Assembly (NCBI GenBank): GCA_024704765.1 | Contig: JAKMXF010000028.1 | Coordinates: 1 to 64,000, forward strand | Direction: 5' to 3' | Source of the DNA: Oopsacas minuta | Lineage: Eukaryota > Animalia > Porifera | Length of the DNA stretch: 64,000 nucleotides | Shown here: positions 58,750 to 64,000 of the stretch, piece by piece | How positions within the stretch are numbered: the first letter of the stretch is position 1 | Layout of the letters: every line of letters begins with the position of its first letter | Made by a program: the position numbers and the translations under genes | Notes under the pieces: model-generated | What the model saw: the letters and a program-made list of their open reading frames with translations, nothing else | Databases searched by the model: none | What the model was told of the DNA's origin: nothing

Positions 58750-60340
58750 TATAGAAATCGCAAAAAATAATCTGAAAATACAATAAAAATTGGAAAATAT
58801 TAAATATAAACTTAACATAGAATTGGTTACAAACAGTATGGTTCTATAATAATAATTACTTTCAATGAAATCTGATATAAACTAAAATATCTAAAATTAC
58901 TTGTGCCGACAAATTTTCAATTAATTAAATTTGTTTGAATGGCACTTGTAATCGATCCTGTCGGGCTAAATATTTAGTGATTTTTGTCCGTATAACACTG
59001 TATTATTTGGTTTGCTTTTTAGTTTGATCTCCTCCCAAACCCTAGTCTGCTAATACATTAGTTATCTGGAGTCTTCTGGCATATCGTCTGGTAAACTAGT
59101 TGAAAAAATAATTGTGAAAATTGGATAGCATTCTGGAAATAAGATTCCAAAAGCTATGCGCTTATTAAGGAAATCGAATTATAAATAACAACACATCCCT
59201 TTTGGAAACCAGTTATGAGGGGGAAGTTTGAACACCCAAATACCTCCTCTGGATATGCCACTGGCTATACTAAATGGTACTAAACCAGACAAATTCGGAC
59301 TTGTAAATGATTTATATCTAGCTAGTATATGGATTGGAACTTGTGTTTAACATGTGAACACAAAGATAATTAAGGAATTACTTAAGGAAATAATTATCTA
59401 TTTTGCATCTACAAATACAAGATGTCAATCTAGGGAATTAGAGAAGTTGTGTGTAGATAATGAAGTTCTGACTAGAGAATTGGACAGATTCTGTCACGGA
59501 CAATTCTAAACTGTAATAATACTCCCACCCAACTCAACCAATGTCAAAAGAGGGAATTTTGTTATACATGAGTTCCACAATAGGCTCGTAGTCAGTAGCG
59601 TAACGACGGGGGGGCGGCATTTTGACATATTGGCCCACACAAATCTGATAAATTTCATGTAATCCCATGATAATTTATATCCGTTCTAACCAGGGTTGTC
59701 TCTTTAAGTTACTTCACCCATGTGATCGATAAGTTTGCGAGACTCAAAGCACATAAGATCAGGCTGTGAAGAAGAGCTACTAACGACCCGAAGCGGTAGT
59801 ATTATTGTATTTTCGGTTAAAAGTTAAAACTTAAATGCGTAATCACATGTTATGTAAACAATAACCAAACATGGTAACTAATGAACCAGGGCAGGGGCAA
59901 GGGAATTTTCAAACAACACCCTTTTCAGGAGTTGTTTAAGATAACTACTCATAAAGTTACGTTTTATGGGGCGGCGTTTAGAGCATGTGCCCCCAGCGGC
60001 ACTAGACATCGTTACGCCATTGCTCGTAGTGGCAGTTTTGATTTACAATATATATTCAATTACAAGTCCGAATTTGTCTCTTTTAGTAACATTTAGTATA
60101 GCTATATACAATTTTCCATATCATGGGGAGGAGGTCAAACTAAAAGCAAACCAAATAATTCAGTGTTTTAGGAACAAAAATCACTGAAATATTCGTGACA
60201 GACCTTTCATTAGAATTTACAGATTTCCCTAATATTGAATTCACTAATTATATTACACAAAATTGCATAACTCGACAGATAATAATTAATACTAAACTAA
60301 CTCAACAATTCTACTACAAATCCTAAGAACAATCTGTATA

Positions 60341-60715
60341 CGAGGGGTGCTCAATAAGTTTAGAGCCCGACTATGTTGCGAGCTCTTATATAAGTAAACC
60401 ATTACTTGTTTCGAATAAACATGGGATAAATATACTTCGCTGAAAATCTTGTATACTTTTCAGATAGCAGTAGTTGTATTATCTATGGATTCCTTAGTTA
60501 CCAAATCCTCAATACAGTTATCAAGGCGTGATATTCTTGCGATAATACTTTTTCAGTTCCAACTTTTGCAAACAATAAAAGAATTTTACGAAAATTTCTG
60601 TACAGCCTTTCCAAATAACAAGGTATCTGCGGCAACAGTAAAAATATGGTACAGAGAATTTAAGTGTGGGAATTTTCATCTTGAAGACCAACCCCGCCCT
60701 GGACCTGATATTTAA
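60341..60715 (+). mobile_element. Truncated mariner element (5' TIR plus N-terminal HTH)
   Basis: TA then CGAGGGGTGCTCAATAAGT; ORF piece VSAATVKIWYREFKCGNFHLEDQPRPG. Confidence 0.8.
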
Positions 60716-61449
60716 CAATTTCTAAGGTGTATATTTAGCTAAAATGGATATTTAGTAGAATAATTAAATTAGTTTCAATAATTCACTGACATTAATTTGG
60801 TAAAATTTAAGTGCACAGATAGTGATTTGAGATTTCTACTTAAAGTACGGTAGAACTCGGCTTAAGACGCACTCTTGGTTAGTATAGTGGAACCTCGTTA
60901 ATACGTACACCAAGGGACCGTCGAGATTTGTACTCCTTATCCGGAGTACGTATTAACTGGAGTAAAAACAATTGAATATCGATTGTATAGACTAAAATTG
61001 TGTAAATTCTGTTCGTCTTAACCGGAAATTCATATTAAATGTATTCGTATTTACGCGGTTTCACTGTACGTACTTTTCTCGAACGGATCATAAATGTGTA
61101 CTACATTAGAAACCGTTTTAGTGCAATTCTATAGGGAGATCCCCTGTGCGAATCCTGGCATTCGGATTACATGAAAATTGGTATACATATACTACATTTC
61201 TGATGTTTTCTAAAGTGAATATTTCACACCTTTCTGCCATATAATTCAAAAATAATGCTAGAATGTTCGTTCTAACAGTTTGTATGGGGTAACTGAGTAT
61301 GTAGTTTCCAGTTTTGCATTTTCAAATCTCTCCCTCAATGACAGGGTGGGTAATTGGAGGGGGGGCATGAACCCCCGAAAATAACACAAACAAATATCCC
61401 TGAGCTTTACTACCAGCCTGTCATCTGGATATTTTTATTTTTTTCTATT

Positions 61450-62280
61450 TTGGTGAAAAGTTGCGATGTATGTCAGAAATTAGCAGATGTTAATACAAAT
61501 CAAAATCGCTTACTTCAGCCAATACCACCCCCTGAAAGGCCATGGCAGCACATATGTGTTTAAGTTTGCGATATGCCCATTAGTACAGATGGTTATTGAC
61601 ACCTTTTAGTTGCGATATGCTATTTGTCGATATATGTCATTGCAAGGCCACTCAAGTCTAAGCGTTCCCGTAATGTGATAGACCAATTACGTAACATTTA
61701 TCTAACATTCGGAACGCCAGAAATAATATAACACGACCAGGGTCCTGAATTTAGGAATAAGGTTAGTCGCTAGCTTTGAGTAAATAATCAATGTTATTTA
61801 TTTCTATAATTTAGGAATTCCAACAGTTCCATCAAACATTAAAATAGATAACAGGTCGACTTCGGCTTATCATCCTCAGAGCAATGGCCTCGTGGAAGCC
61901 CACAATAAGATACTGAAAAGGTAATAGTCACATTTGTACAAATGGTTGATATTATCAGGTTCTAATACTAAGTTTATTATTTTTTAGAAAGATTGATAAA
62001 TTTCGATCCAACATAGATGTTGAATGGCCAGAAAGGATATACGAGGCATGCTTAGCAGCAAACACTCATCTTAAAAATGCTATTAAGACTACCCCATTTC
62101 GACTAATGTTTGGCAGAGATTTTAATCCAGTGTACTTGTTTCAAACAAATAATATAGAAGTCGAAGTATATACTGATTCAAATTCAGAAGATGATGCCGT
62201 GATTGAACCGGAGACGCAAGAGAGCATTTTTGATCCATCTATTGATGCGAATGAGTGGATAGAGAAACAAACAAGTCCAA
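61450..62280 (+). pseudogene. Decayed intron-containing Gypsy-type integrase (second, different Ginger-like family)
   Basis: SCDVCQ, PIPPPERPWQHI, IQHDQGPEF, SAYHPQSNGLVEAHN, TPFRLMFGR; short GT-AG introns near 61762-61814 and 61921-61987; premature stops. Confidence 0.75.
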
Positions 62281-63619
62281 AGTAACATTTGTTTCGGAAA
62301 TTATTGCCGCGGCAATCGCAGCGTCTCCAACACCTATACTGCATATTGTATATCACCTCCTACTAGTATTATATATTAACCAAAACCAAATACAATTCCT
62401 ATGAGAAAAATTATAAAGTGACACACAAGTGGCAGAGGGTGTCAGATCAAAAATCGTGACCCTCAGTGCACAACGTACAGTAATTCTCCATGCATCCTGA
62501 AAGTATCAACCCTTAATCTATTATGGTTTTCGCAGTGCACATTCTACGGTAAATAAAGAAAAAAAATATGAAATTACAACTTGTGGCGACAACAAAACTG
62601 TAACCGGGTTCTAGTACAGTAGAGCCTCGCTAATCCGAACACCCCTATACCACTCACCAAAATATTCTTTTGGATTAGTTAATTGCACTAAACTATAGAT
62701 ACATTCCAATGTTGAAAATGTTGTTAACACCTGAAATATCTGAAAAAATGAACCATTTAGTAGTTCATTACATTTTGAACATTTGAGATCATTATCACAA
62801 AGTTATTTCGGATTTATGCTCTGTCTGGATTAGCGAGTGTGTCGTATGCTGTATCAGTAATTTGATGGGCTTCAACTAAGCTAGAATAACGTGTTTCAAT
62901 AATTAACATCACGTAAGTACAACCATGTATTAACTTATCTTAATATCCTTAAGGTATCTTGTTACTTTATTGCAATAAATTTTGTATAAATTAAGAATAT
63001 GTACTTTCAATTGATATTTATTCTATAATAATTCTTCTTCGAACATTTGGTGATTCATAAGAGGTAAATGTATGTAAGTTTTAGCCAGTTCCCAAGCAAA
63101 TTAAACACATATAAAGTTTGATTTGCTTGGCAACTGGATAAATATTATATTTATACAAGTATTAATAATATAAGAAATATAATAATAGTAATGTGCCCTC
63201 GCCTTCTTCTAAACCGTTTAGCGTTGGAAATTCTCAGAGATTTTGCTTGTTTTTTGTGCAGCTCCTATAAGGAGATCCCTAATGTTATGGACGATGTCGA
63301 AATGATACTAGAACTTTCGTTTCAAAGGCTAGATAGGGGTAATCGAGTATGTAGGTTCAAATTTTGACATTTTAAAATTTATGTCTACATTATTTACATG
63401 TGATTAGTCATATTTTCACACTTTTTGCATATTTTTTAAAAGGATGCTAGAAAATTCGTTTCCACGCTACTCAGCGTAATCGAGTATGTAGATTTCAAAT
63501 TTCACATTTTCTAATATATATCTATATGATTTATCATATAATTAATCATATTTTCACACCTTTTGCATATAATTCAAAATGATGCTAGAATTTTAACTGT
63601 TTCTCAGTAGTATTTAGGG

Positions 63620-63990
63620 AATTAGTATCGTTCGATCGTTGATCGCACCATCACGATCGCGATCTGTTTTTGACGATCAGAGGATGATCGCCGATCATTT
63701 TATAAACAGTGATCGAGTGTAAGATTCGGATAATTTTTTGCCGAAATATTTTCGATCATATTGTTGATCTTTAAGGCAGACAAAATTTGGAACTTTGTGA
63801 ATCTAGACCCCAAAATGAAAATACAAATGTATTTGCTATTTTTCATGACAATCGGACTGGTATATTTCGGATGGCCGCCTGGACGGACGGACTGCCGCAT
63901 GTAATAGAGCATCTCCCTATATGAAGTGCTTTTAAATTTCAGAAATGTGATCAGAAAAATGATTGTGATTGTGATTGTGATTGTGATCCT
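63620..63990. repeat. GATC/CGAT-dense tract and (GATTGT)n microsatellite, probably transposon subterminal sequence
   Basis: Dense GATC/CGATC words at 63625-63770; GATTGT x4 at ~63961-63985; similar composition at 5150-5295. Confidence 0.5.
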
Positions 63991-64000
63991 TTTGGTGCAA

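Larger units (their letters stand above)
56131..59386 (-). repeat. Right arm of inverted segmental duplication
   Basis: Reverse complement of the left arm core; carries one private 139-bp insertion. Confidence 0.93.

Noticed and set aside
1-64000. Prokaryotic or viral origin; rRNA, tRNA or defence-system loci
   Set aside because: Spliceosomal introns, eukaryotic housekeeping genes and eukaryotic transposons are found throughout; no such RNA genes or operons were recognised by eye.

Overview
AT-rich eukaryotic (animal-like) genomic DNA with GT-AG introns; no rRNA, tRNA or CRISPR array seen. The compact, often intronless housekeeping genes and coiled-coil+NHL genes remind me of a glass sponge such as Oopsacas (inference only). 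Host genes: a GT10 alpha-1,3-fucosyltransferase with an unusual C-terminal membrane anchor, OTUD5, a six-exon TRPA-like ankyrin channel (1179 aa, assembled by hand), LIS1, and two convergent coiled-coil+NHL genes in a ~3.1 kb inverted duplication. The best find is a four-exon gene (22390-28158, minus strand) that the ORF track splits into pieces: a class IV (SIRT6/7-like) sirtuin fused in frame to a YEATS acyl-lysine reader, 411 aa, with all splice phases consistent. The rest is largely DNA transposons: a near-complete intron-containing Ginger1-type element with a Ulp1-like protease and CCGG TSD, a 3.35 kb Mutator with a 9-bp TSD, a MULE-like derivative carrying a RING finger, decayed mariner and Tigger copies, and many MITEs. 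Four insertions are confirmed by empty sites in the paralogous arm of the duplication. Coordinates were counted by hand and may be off by a few bases.
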